Shown one piece after another: positions 34,893 to 43,145 of a DNA stretch of 48,471 bases. Numbering within the stretch: position 1 is the first letter of the stretch; each line of letters starts with the position of its first letter. The position numbers and the translations under genes are program-made. Origin of the DNA: a virus; IMG/VR virus record IMGVR_UViG_3300002460_000047, positions 1 through 48,471 of that record; one strand, given 5' to 3'. Below the pieces are notes generated by a model that worked only from the letters and a program-made list of their open reading frames with translations, was not told the DNA's origin and did not search any database.

Positions 34893-36794
34893 ATGCCACG
34901 TGATTTATTAGCTACACCAATTAACTCACCTAGAGATCTATTAGCATCTCCGCGTGATTTATTAGCGACTAAACCTATGTTTAGCCCAGTAACTCCAGAA
35001 GAAGCTCAAGCTCCTATGGATCCTATGTTCTATAATATAGGTAAAGCAGTATCACCTATTATGGAAAAGAGTCCTGAACTAGCAGCAATGACTGCTGGTG
35101 CGTCTAACGTTGCTACAGCTATTGGCACAGTTCCTTTTAAAGCAGGAAATTTTATTGCAGGACTAACTGGTTTTATTAGTCCTAAAACAAAACAACAAAT
35201 AGATACTTATATAAATAAAGGTTCTAAACCATTTGAAACATCTCCAGATGAAGAATCTACGGATGTATTTAATAGAAGCGCAGCGGAACAACCTTTACAT
35301 TATTATGGTACTCAAGCAGGTATGGCTGTACCAGCATTAGCTAAATCAATGCCTGACACATTGGCTAAAGCCTCAGGTATAGTGGGAGGATTAGGAAGAG
35401 CTGGGTATAATGCAACGTTATCTGCAGGATTATCTGATCCTGAGAATCAAAATTTAGCAGCAGGATTAGGGGCTGGGGTTAGTCTAGGTGTAGATATTAT
35501 TGCAAAAGGTGTACAAAGTGCAGGTCATTATTTAACCAAACAACCTAGAGTTGAAAGACTTATTGATAAATCATATGCTAAATTAGATAAATTTGTAACT
35601 GATACTAAACAATGGCTACAAGGTAAAACCAGTGCAGAAATCAACGCTGGGGCATTATCTAATAGATATCAAGCCGCACACAATGCTGAACAAAAATTAT
35701 ACAGTCAATTAAAAGAGATACCTCTGGAATCAAAACAATTGACAGAATTCCCTAAATTTAGTAAAATGATAGATACAGTTATTACTAAAGGGGAGAAAGA
35801 TATCTTGACTTCTACCCAAAAAACCGTATTAAAAAATGCTTCTACTCGTTTAAAATCAGCTAAGACTATGTCTGATTTATTAAATGTTAGATATAATCTA
35901 TCTACAGGTTTTAATAAATTCGATAAAGGTAAATCAACAGATAGTACTTACGCATTATATAGTCAAATTAGAAATCAAGTTGATGATATTATAAGCAGTA
36001 ATGCTACTAAAGCTGGCAAAGGTAAAATCTGGGAAATGGGAAAGAAAATGCATGAAAATGTTATTCTTCCTATGAGAGAACATAAATTAAACATTATTAA
36101 CCAAGGTTTAAAAACAGATCCAACAAGCCCACTTAAAGGTCTTGCAAATGAAACTAAATCTCTTAATTTAAGCGAATTAAAAATAGGAACAGGTAAAACT
36201 ACTTCAGCTACTGCATTAAAAAATCAATTAAAATTCTTACCTCCTAAAGATAGAGAAATTGCGGGGCATGAAATTGTTAAAAAAACACTTTATAATTTAA
36301 CTGATGATCCAGAACATTTTAATTTATTAACAGCAGATAAAGATCTAACACAATATATAACTAGGTATAAAACTGCTTTACCTAAAAAATCTCTTACAGT
36401 ATTAAAAGGCGCTCACAGAATTATCAATCAAATACAGAGATTAGAAAAAATAGCTAATGCTCCTAAATTACAAGGCGGTGGGGGCTATACTGCAAGAATG
36501 ACTACAGCTATGGGGGCAGGGGCATCCTTAGGGGCTGGTATAGGTGGGGCTGAGGGGTATCGAAGAGGGGGTGCAACAGGTGCATTATTAGGCACTTTAG
36601 GTGGTGGTGCAATTGGTGCATTTGGAGGTTATGCTGGTGCATTAAAATTTAATAAATTTATACGAACTGAATATGGGTTTAAACTATTGGAAGGTATAGG
36701 AGAAGGAAAACCGTGGGCATCCGAAATTGCCCAAGCAATAAGGATGACCCCTTCCGCCGGATTGGAGACTTTATCTGATGAGGATACTGAATGA
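34893..36794 (+). CDS. Putative internal virion / ejection protein (633 aa)
   Basis: Has an N-terminal triple PRDLLA repeat and a C-terminal glycine-zipper segment (GAGASLGAGIGGAEG...GGGAIGAFGGYAG). Confidence 0.4.
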   Translation: MPRDLLATPINSPRDLLASPRDLLATKPMFSPVTPEEAQAPMDPMFYNIGKAVSPIMEKSPELAAMTAGASNVATAIGTVPFKAGNFIAGLTGFISPKTKQQIDTYINKGSKPFETSPDEESTDVFNRSAAEQPLHYYGTQAGMAVPALAKSMPDTLAKASGIVGGLGRAGYNATLSAGLSDPENQNLAAGLGAGVSLGVDIIAKGVQSAGHYLTKQPRVERLIDKSYAKLDKFVTDTKQWLQGKTSAEINAGALSNRYQAAHNAEQKLYSQLKEIPLESKQLTEFPKFSKMIDTVITKGEKDILTSTQKTVLKNASTRLKSAKTMSDLLNVRYNLSTGFNKFDKGKSTDSTYALYSQIRNQVDDIISSNATKAGKGKIWEMGKKMHENVILPMREHKLNIINQGLKTDPTSPLKGLANETKSLNLSELKIGTGKTTSATALKNQLKFLPPKDREIAGHEIVKKTLYNLTDDPEHFNLLTADKDLTQYITRYKTALPKKSLTVLKGAHRIINQIQRLEKIANAPKLQGGGGYTARMTTAMGAGASLGAGIGGAEGYRRGGATGALLGTLGGGAIGAFGGYAGALKFNKFIRTEYGFKLLEGIGEGKPWASEIAQAIRMTPSAGLETLSDEDTE

Positions 36795-37287
36795 TATATT
36801 ATTATTTATCTTATTATCAATCTCTACCGTATCACATGGGTATAAACTACCAATGTTAATTCATGATGTTAAAATTTCGATTAAACAAGTGTATACCACA
36901 ACTCCTATCATAGGTCAGTTAGCATATGCACAAGCTATATTAGAATCTAATTTATTAGATAAACCGTCTAAACTTGCGGCAAAATATTATAATTTCTTTG
37001 GAATTAAAAAAGCAGGAACAAATGGATATGCTACAATGAGCACAGCCGAATATATTAATAATAAACATATAACAATTAAAGCCACTTTTGGATGGAATAA
37101 AACGATTAGTGATTCTGTATTACAACATAAACAAGTACTTAGTCTTCCTAGATATAATAAAGTTCACACTTCTACTACATTTGTAGAAGCAGCAGAAGAG
37201 GTTCAAAAAGCGGGTTATGCAACAGATCCTAAATACGCTAAAAAATTAATAGAGATATATAATAATCATATTAAAAATAAATGGTAA
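36778..37287 (+). CDS. Glucosaminidase-family (GH73/FlgJ-like) peptidoglycan hydrolase with signal/anchor
   Basis: AYAQAILESNL...YNFFGIKK...GYATDPKYAKKLIEIY, with an N-terminal hydrophobic segment. Confidence 0.6.
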   Translation: MRILNDILLFILLSISTVSHGYKLPMLIHDVKISIKQVYTTTPIIGQLAYAQAILESNLLDKPSKLAAKYYNFFGIKKAGTNGYATMSTAEYINNKHITIKATFGWNKTISDSVLQHKQVLSLPRYNKVHTSTTFVEAAEEVQKAGYATDPKYAKKLIEIYNNHIKNKW

Positions 37288-37290
37288 TTT

Positions 37291-37698
37291 ATGGTTGGGT
37301 ACGAGATTGCAAAGAAATACAAAGGGTTACATGAGGTTCGAGATAATCGAACTCTTCGGAAAATCCTAACAGTTGACCCTGCCGACACTGCGTGGTGTGC
37401 TGATTTTGTTAATTTCTGTGAACATGAGGTAGGACATCCTGGTACTGGGAGATTATTAGCAAGATCCTTTTTAAAATATGGTAAACCAATTGAATTAAAA
37501 AATGCTAAAAAGGGAGATATCATAATTTTAGCAAGGGGTGGGAGTGCTTGGCAAGGGCATGTAGCCTACTTAGATGGTATAGAACAAGTGGATGGTAAAA
37601 CATTGATAAGAACCTTAGGTGGTAATCAATCAAATTCAGTATCTATCAGCTGGTATCCGATAGAACGATTATTAGGAATCAGACGTTATGAGCAATAA
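37291..37698 (+). CDS. TIGR02594-type NlpC/P60-like cell-wall peptidase
   Basis: GLHEVRDN...TAWCADFVNFC...KKGDIIILARGGSAWQGHVAY...GGNQSNSVS. Confidence 0.55.
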   Translation: MVGYEIAKKYKGLHEVRDNRTLRKILTVDPADTAWCADFVNFCEHEVGHPGTGRLLARSFLKYGKPIELKNAKKGDIIILARGGSAWQGHVAYLDGIEQVDGKTLIRTLGGNQSNSVSISWYPIERLLGIRRYEQ

Positions 37699-37870
37699 CA
37701 AATTAAGCGATGAAGAAATAGATCAAATTGTCTTAAAAGTATGTGATACTATTGAAGACCGATTATATCATAATGTTGGGCATGGAGTAATCCGATTAGC
37801 TTGGCGAGCCGTTCTTATTGGTTTAATCGTACTAGCGGCATATGGGGCAGGGATTCATTTTTTTAAATAA
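37688..37870 (+). CDS. Small membrane protein (60 aa), holin or spanin-like candidate
   Basis: Has a C-terminal TM helix (LAWRAVLIGLIVLAAYGAGI). It is the last gene of the late operon, next to the lysis enzymes. Confidence 0.4.
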   Translation: MSNNKLSDEEIDQIVLKVCDTIEDRLYHNVGHGVIRLAWRAVLIGLIVLAAYGAGIHFFK

Positions 37871-38439
37871 TATAAATAAATATTTTTTGGTTTAGTTTTC
37901 ACATATATAGCTAAACCTTCTTCTAAGTCTTTTTTTAATCTTGCTGCAAACGGCTTCAATTTACCTTTATATGTTGTTCTAATGGTTTTATCATGGTATC
38001 GTTTACCGTCAGATAACCTCAGAATAATTTTATTAGCGGGCGATTGTCCTACTAACATAAAATTACTTGCTTTATAAATAACTCCTGTATGACCGTAACT
38101 TAAATCGCTATAACTAATAATCACTTTTACATCTGTATATTTTCTTAAATAGCGCAATGCTTTACCAATAAACCAACTCTCTGTATTTTTAGGAGTGTTA
38201 TCAATACAAACTAATCTTCTAAGTTCCATGATTTCCTGTTCAGATGCTACATATTTTTTCCATTGATTTTTCATCGCCAATCTTCCAAATATCATTCCTC
38301 CAATTAATAACCCTTCTGCATCATTAATTTTAAAACAATAATCTGAAATCACTCCATTAATATTATGGCTATAATGATATTTTTCAATAAAATCTCGAAT
38401 ATCATCTCGACCACAAGAAGAAAAATGATATGGGATCAT
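37855..38439 (-). CDS. GNAT-like protein resembling Mom-family DNA adenine-modification enzymes
   Basis: The N-terminal pattern IEKYHYSHNINGVISDYCFKI...LLIGGMIFG fits the HY(L/S)H...fg...l.G...fG signature I associate with Mom-like/GNAT phage proteins. This is from memory only. Confidence 0.3.
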   Translation of the reverse strand: MIPYHFSSCGRDDIRDFIEKYHYSHNINGVISDYCFKINDAEGLLIGGMIFGRLAMKNQWKKYVASEQEIMELRRLVCIDNTPKNTESWFIGKALRYLRKYTDVKVIISYSDLSYGHTGVIYKASNFMLVGQSPANKIILRLSDGKRYHDKTIRTTYKGKLKPFAARLKKDLEEGLAIYVKTKPKNIYLYYLKK

Positions 38440-38443
38440 TTCT

Positions 38444-38671
38444 TTAAATAAAACCTAAATAAAGCATTAAATAGAAACCTGCAATTTGGCCTGCAGAAGT
38501 TATAATAGGCATACTAAAAATTCCTAATAATATTAATTCACTTATAAGCCTCACTCTACGATTAAATATCACATCTTCTTTTCTAATTTTAGTGAGCTTT
38601 TTTCTACGTTTACTTAGTATATCTTTGACATCTTTAATTGTTTTATCAAAATAATTGCGGTCACCTATCAT
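38444..38671 (-). CDS. Small membrane protein (75 aa)
   Basis: Basic N-terminal half and two C-terminal hydrophobic segments. 4-nt overlap with the upstream gene. Confidence 0.55.
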   Translation of the reverse strand: MIGDRNYFDKTIKDVKDILSKRRKKLTKIRKEDVIFNRRVRLISELILLGIFSMPIITSAGQIAGFYLMLYLGFI

Positions 38672-39225
38672 ATACGTCTCCTTGGATCAACTATATAACG
38701 TTTAATAACTTTACCATCTCGTTTTGTTACGTGTACTTCATAATGCACACTTGATTTATACACATCATCCATTGTTATAAGCCCTTGATCTATACATCCC
38801 TGCATCCGAATTTGATTTTCTTTAATCATATCATAAGTAGGTTGAATTACTCCGCCCTTATCTACTGGATGAAACACGATTTTATGCCTATTAAAAATAA
38901 CATTATCTCCATGACATACAGTATCTGCGTGCATAGACCATGCATCTCCAATTAAGTCAAATATAATTACTTTATATTTAACAGAATCTAATACATCTAT
39001 TACATCATCTCCCATGTGAACTAATCCTCCTCCTCCTTGCCACCTAATAATAATAGGATCATTATTAGGGTCTTTAATTTGATCTATAAAAATACTCCAT
39101 TCCAAAGCATATTTATAAAAATATAATGGTGGGGCGGATATAGTCACTAATTTAGCAAAAACAGGTAAATTGAAGAAAATTAAAGCTAATGTGAGTAATC
39201 CCCTTAATATCATTTTAGATTTCAC
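38668..39225 (-). CDS. Secreted ClpP-fold (S14/S49-like) serine protease candidate
   Basis: Signal peptide (MILRGLLTLALIFFNLPVFA). IIIRWQGGGGLVHMGDDVIDVL...GDAWSMH...VFHPV aligns by eye to ClpP (YINSPGGVITAGMSIYDTM...GQAASMG...MIHQP), with the Ser and His conserved. The track start is GTG. An alternative ATG lies at 39213. Confidence 0.4.
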   Translation of the reverse strand: MKSKMILRGLLTLALIFFNLPVFAKLVTISAPPLYFYKYALEWSIFIDQIKDPNNDPIIIRWQGGGGLVHMGDDVIDVLDSVKYKVIIFDLIGDAWSMHADTVCHGDNVIFNRHKIVFHPVDKGGVIQPTYDMIKENQIRMQGCIDQGLITMDDVYKSSVHYEVHVTKRDGKVIKRYIVDPRRRI

Positions 39226-39284
39226 TACAGAGCACCTTTTTATAAAAGTATAATATTAATCAATAAGTTACGTACAAATCATTT

Positions 39285-39313
39285 ATTATAATATCTCTAG
39301 TACAATCAATCAT
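39285..39313 (-). promoter_or_regulatory. Possible internal promoter for the distal three-gene cassette
   Basis: On the minus strand, ATGATT - 17 nt - TATAAT (perfect -10, weak -35), in the only intergenic gap of this block. Confidence 0.25.
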
Positions 39314-39728
39314 TTAGCTCTTCTACCGTAGTTGCCCCAAATAAATGCAGCAAGCCGCCCATTGATATATGTAATGGGATACAAGTCCTAGGATCTACTA
39401 CACGAATCAATATATTATGTGACATAGCATACTTTACTTCTCCTTTAATCCCTCTGGATGATTCCCACCCATCTAATTGGCATATCCATAACTCATCACA
39501 TCTACTTAACATATCCAGATCAGAATTTCTCCAATCCTCCCAAGTAGTAGTTAATAATTCTGAATGGCGAGCTAAGGCACTCGTTTCTGCTATAGGACAA
39601 TACACATGTACTTCCCCCCTATCCTTTAATTCTAAAGCGCATCTACATACATCCCTTTCCCTTTTCTCCATCACTTCTTTAGACGAATGGGTATATGGAG
39701 ATGCTAAATATATTCGTAATTTACTCAT
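39306..39728 (-). CDS. DUF1937 / nucleoside 2-deoxyribosyltransferase-like protein
   Basis: IYLASPYTHSS...YCPIAETS...WEDW...CDELWICQLDGWESSRGIKGEVKYA fits the DUF1937 pattern. The ATG at 39728 gives an ATGAGTAA overlap with the upstream gene. Confidence 0.5.
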   Translation of the reverse strand: MSKLRIYLASPYTHSSKEVMEKRERDVCRCALELKDRGEVHVYCPIAETSALARHSELLTTTWEDWRNSDLDMLSRCDELWICQLDGWESSRGIKGEVKYAMSHNILIRVVDPRTCIPLHISMGGLLHLFGATTVEELND

Positions 39729-39978
39729 ATACATCTCCGTTTCTTTCTATAGCCTTATCTTCATAAGGAGCAACAAGTCTTCTATAGAACTCTAATTTAC
39801 AACACTCTAATGCACCAATAATATCATTAATCTGCTGATACCTGCCGCCTCTAGCTATAAAGTACTGCTGACACATAGTAGTAAGCATAAAATTTAACTC
39901 TCCTACCTCTGTAGCAACCTTTGTATCATCTGGTATTAACTTTATTCTTTGCTTTTGTTGAATGTACGGCACTCCCAC
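39721..39978 (-). CDS. Small conserved phage protein, N4 gp49 / Sf6 gp66-like (family that I believe includes Acb2)
   Basis: GELNFMLT...Y...INDIIGALECCKLEFYRRLVAPYEDKAIERNGDVY matches the remembered PF13876-like signature (GALE..K.E.YRR..PYED.K...NGDV). GTG start. Confidence 0.3.
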   Translation of the reverse strand: MGVPYIQQKQRIKLIPDDTKVATEVGELNFMLTTMCQQYFIARGGRYQQINDIIGALECCKLEFYRRLVAPYEDKAIERNGDVYE

Positions 39979-39979
39979 C

Positions 39980-40384
39980 TCAACTACAATTAGGAACTAA
40001 TGGAGTTTTTAAAACTGTTATAGTAGCTGATTTAGAAACTTTCTTAATAGGGCGATCATCTAAATCATGCCTGTTCCGCATTATCTGAGTTACCATAGCT
40101 GATAAATGCCAATGTGCATGTTGTAAATGATTTAATCCAGATTCTTGATCAACATCTATCCCCATTTCCCACGAATTTATATGTCTTTTGAATGCGGCTA
40201 AATGGGCGGCAACTAAAGGAAGCCCCACTTCCCAATTACGATCTGGATTAGTAACTCCAAATTTCCTCAATTTTTCAATGCCAAACGTAGCTACTTGTGC
40301 AAAAGATAAATCCATCTCAGGAGGAATAAGATCAAATCTAAGTTTTCCGGTCATATCTTTAAAAGGTTTTTCTGACATAATCAC
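39980..40384 (-). CDS. dATP/dGTP diphosphohydrolase-like protein (DUF5664/MazG-related)
   Basis: KDMTGKLRFDLIPPE...VATFGIEK...NWEVGLP...FKRHINSW..G.DVDQESGLNHLQHAHWHL fits the family pattern (K.D.gK....L.P......GA.KY...NW..G....A..RH...W..G...D.eSGl.HL.H). Confidence 0.5.
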   Translation of the reverse strand: MIMSEKPFKDMTGKLRFDLIPPEMDLSFAQVATFGIEKLRKFGVTNPDRNWEVGLPLVAAHLAAFKRHINSWEMGIDVDQESGLNHLQHAHWHLSAMVTQIMRNRHDLDDRPIKKVSKSATITVLKTPLVPNCS

Positions 40385-40541
40385 CTCTAATTTGAGACTT
40401 TTTATTCAAGTGTATAACTGTAACTGTGGTACGATCTACTTGAACACCTAATTTAATTAATAATTGGGTTATTATAATTTTAATAACATCGTAAACTCCA
40501 GCACCGATAATAAAGGCTAAAATAAATTCGACCATACTCAT
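40359..40541 (-). CDS. Small membrane protein (60 aa)
   Basis: Hydrophobic N-terminus (MSMVEFILAFIIGAGVYDVIKIIITQLLI). It overlaps the downstream gene start. Confidence 0.45.
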   Translation of the reverse strand: MSMVEFILAFIIGAGVYDVIKIIITQLLIKLGVQVDRTTVTVIHLNKKSQIRGDYVRKTF

Positions 40542-40542
40542 A

Positions 40543-41364
40543 TTATTTCCACCTATTATTACAAGTTAAACATTTAAAACCAACATTACTCTTTTTTACA
40601 TTAGTGCTAAGACGATGCCTTGCTCTACATAATTCACACCGAATCTTTACTTTTTTTACTTTTTCGGGTCTAGAAGTATAATGTGGGAGAAAGGATAATA
40701 TTACTCTCTCTACGGCTACGGGTAAATCTTTATAATAAGGTAATTCTTTCCACATTAATTTTTCTGTATCCATAGTATCTTTCAACCCATATGGGATCAT
40801 TTTCTTACGCGCAGATACACCCCTCTCTTCCACGTCCACCCAGTCGTCATCCACCATTTTAATTTTACCACCTAAACCTTGCTGAACTGATCTATAGTCT
40901 AATTTATGACTGGCGGCTCTAAAAGATTTACGTGATAACTTTAAAATATCTATAGAAGGTTTTTGATCTAAGGTTAATAAATGTAAGGCTTTAGCTCTTT
41001 CATTCAATACTAAACAATCAAATCTATCCCCATTTTGAGTTACAATTATATCTGCTCTAGAAAAAACATTTTCTATAAACTCTTCAATCATACTAGAATC
41101 ATCAAAATTTCTCGTATCATCGTATTTAGTGCAAACCTTATCCCACTGTAAATATTTAGCCTCTTTCTCATGCATCCATTTATATTGTATAGTAATAACT
41201 TTATTGGGAATCTTAACTTGGTTATGAGATAAAAAAACCTTTTGTCCAATATAAAATGATCTGACCAGCATGTGACTTGTTTCTATATCATACGTCAACA
41301 CTTTAAGACCCTTTTTTATGGCCTCTCTAATAAATTTTATTCTTAAACTAGCTGGAATCCTCAA
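40543..41364 (-). CDS. DEDD-type 3'-5' exonuclease with C-terminal zinc ribbon
   Basis: LTYDIETS (ExoI), QNGDRFD (ExoII) and the C-terminal CELC...CLTC. TTG start 8 nt after GGAG. Confidence 0.5.
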   Translation of the reverse strand: MRIPASLRIKFIREAIKKGLKVLTYDIETSHMLVRSFYIGQKVFLSHNQVKIPNKVITIQYKWMHEKEAKYLQWDKVCTKYDDTRNFDDSSMIEEFIENVFSRADIIVTQNGDRFDCLVLNERAKALHLLTLDQKPSIDILKLSRKSFRAASHKLDYRSVQQGLGGKIKMVDDDWVDVEERGVSARKKMIPYGLKDTMDTEKLMWKELPYYKDLPVAVERVILSFLPHYTSRPEKVKKVKIRCELCRARHRLSTNVKKSNVGFKCLTCNNRWK

Positions 41365-41378
41365 GTAAAATACTCCAA

Positions 41379-41552
41379 TTATGTCTTCGTATTAGAATTA
41401 TATTTTTTAGCGTATTCTTCAATTTTCTTATAACAATGTGCACATAAAATTGCACCACTATACTTAAGTAATAGGTTGGATGCGATCATACACGCTAAAA
41501 ATAAAATAGCGAGATATAATAATAAAGACATCACCATATGTGCAAATTCCAT
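41379..41552 (-). CDS. Small membrane protein (57 aa)
   Basis: Hand translation gives MEFAHMVMSLLLYLAILFLACMIASNLLLKYSGAILCAHCYKKIEEYAKKYNSNTKT. The start may be the internal ATG. Confidence 0.4.
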   Translation of the reverse strand: MEFAHMVMSLLLYLAILFLACMIASNLLLKYSGAILCAHCYKKIEEYAKKYNSNTKT

Positions 41553-41556
41553 CCTC

Positions 41557-41868
41557 TTAGCCTCTTTTTAAAAAATCTGCTAATTTCATTAAAATATAAA
41601 TTTCCCCTCGATCTTCTTTAATACAGACTGCGTCTACATGTTCTGTAAAACCTAAATAATCGGGTAATTTAGCTTTCCTCTTACACTGCACTTTCCAAAT
41701 CTCAGAATTTCTATTTGACAACATTACATCTACTTCTCGATGTTGTCCTAACGATTCTCCATTACTAGCATAGGCACGTTTAGCATCCCACTTCGGAAAA
41801 TAAAGTTTGGCTAAGTTAACAACTGATCTCTCAAAATTTGAACCTTTGATCTTACTCTTGCTTGACAT
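41557..41868 (-). CDS. Hjc-like PD-(D/E)xK nuclease (Holliday-junction resolvase candidate)
   Basis: KGSNFERSVVNL...R...SNG...EVDVML...KVQCKRK fits the archaeal Hjc-type pattern (KG..fER...G...DV...vEvK). Confidence 0.5.
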   Translation of the reverse strand: MSSKSKIKGSNFERSVVNLAKLYFPKWDAKRAYASNGESLGQHREVDVMLSNRNSEIWKVQCKRKAKLPDYLGFTEHVDAVCIKEDRGEIYILMKLADFLKRG

Positions 41869-42106
41869 TAGGTTCTTCCACTGTGGTAGATGTTGAGCAT
41901 AAAATATCTTCTAATGTAAGAATTCTGTTTTCTAATTGTTTTAATAATATTTGATTATAAACAAACATATCTACAACAATCTGAATAGGGGTAATAGGCA
42001 CGGATTCAAGGGAAGGAGTTAAATTAACTACATTTCCTGACGAATCCATTACCGAAGCATAAACTTGTTTTAAAGAAGTAGAACTAGGCATTCTTGCATC
42101 ACTCAT
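41852..42106 (-). CDS. Hypothetical protein (84 aa)
   Basis: ORF coupled to its neighbours. Confidence 0.55.
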   Translation of the reverse strand: MSDARMPSSTSLKQVYASVMDSSGNVVNLTPSLESVPITPIQIVVDMFVYNQILLKQLENRILTLEDILCSTSTTVEEPNVKQE

Positions 42107-42306
42107 AATTTATCCTCAGTAATAGTAGTTAATTTTCCTAAATCTTTTGTGCATTCACGATCTAAATCTTCAAAATGGAATAATAAAGCTAAATTGTGAA
42201 GCTCCTTATCCGATAAATTTATCAAAATAGAATCTGGATCATCTGCTATAGTTAAAATACGCAACGCTTCTAATATAATTTTTCTTTCAGCATCAGCGGT
42301 TTTCAT
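42103..42306 (-). CDS. Hypothetical protein (67 aa)
   Basis: ORF with a 4-nt overlap downstream. Confidence 0.55.
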   Translation of the reverse strand: MKTADAERKIILEALRILTIADDPDSILINLSDKELHNLALLFHFEDLDRECTKDLGKLTTITEDKL

Positions 42307-42311
42307 TTATT

Positions 42312-43145
42312 TTACCTCCGGATCTTAATCAATTCTTTAACTTCATTAAACACAGTCTCTGGAATATGCCATTTCTGGTATAACTCTCTCACCTTCATTT
42401 CGTGTTGAGACATATCAACATCTTTCAATTCTTCTTTAAGTTTCTTAAGATATCTCGATTTCTTTAATTCTTTTGCTTGATCAACTTTTCCTTGCAATAC
42501 TAGCCAATTATATATGCCGGGAATATTATCAATTCGATCACCAGTAACTACTTGCATCCAAAAATTAAAACTAGCTTCTTGCTCATCAATATAGACTAAG
42601 ACTCTAGATTTTAAATTATAATGATATCCGGGTATCATTCGTAAATCCTTATCTATACTAGCAATATAGAGCATTTCATAATTATTATACAGATTATATT
42701 GCTCTGTTGCAAGTTTTCCGATAGCATCGTCCGCCTCTTCCCCTTCGATAATTTCCGCACTGTAGTCACGCACCAATAAATTTCTAACTTGTTGATAAAA
42801 ATGGGGTTTAGGTTTATGCGCTCTATTTTCTTTATATACCTTAATAGACGCTAAATTATATCTAAAATTCTTTTTAATATTCGGATGAGTGATGTATAAT
42901 CTATAGTTACGAATGTTTAAATCCGAAAAAATAGAATTCATTTTAGAACGTAAATTTATTTGTAATTGAGCTTCTGGACAAAGTCGTCTATATCTATAGA
43001 TTTCTCCACCATTTTGGGTTTGTGCGTGTTCTGCTTTACCTTTTGTTTTATATAAATGCCCATTACAACAATAAAAAGATCGTTCATTCGATAAAGCAAT
43101 CATATAGACTAAAATATCGCCATCAATTGCTAATAGCTTACTCAT
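42312..43145 (-). CDS. 5'-3' exonuclease / flap endonuclease (T7 gp6-like, PIN + H3TH)
   Basis: LLAIDGDILVY, EADDAIG and VTGDRIDNIPGI. The ATG at 43143..43145 overlaps the SpoVR stop (ATGAGTAA). The longer track start is hydrophobic and unlikely. Confidence 0.75.
   Translation of the reverse strand: MSKLLAIDGDILVYMIALSNERSFYCCNGHLYKTKGKAEHAQTQNGGEIYRYRRLCPEAQLQINLRSKMNSIFSDLNIRNYRLYITHPNIKKNFRYNLASIKVYKENRAHKPKPHFYQQVRNLLVRDYSAEIIEGEEADDAIGKLATEQYNLYNNYEMLYIASIDKDLRMIPGYHYNLKSRVLVYIDEQEASFNFWMQVVTGDRIDNIPGIYNWLVLQGKVDQAKELKKSRYLKKLKEELKDVDMSQHEMKVRELYQKWHIPETVFNEVKELIKIRR

Noticed and set aside
37855-37870. A bidirectional terminator at the convergent junction of the two arms.
   Set aside because: The two terminal genes overlap by 16 nt, and the local sequence (A/T runs only) forms no hairpin that I can see.
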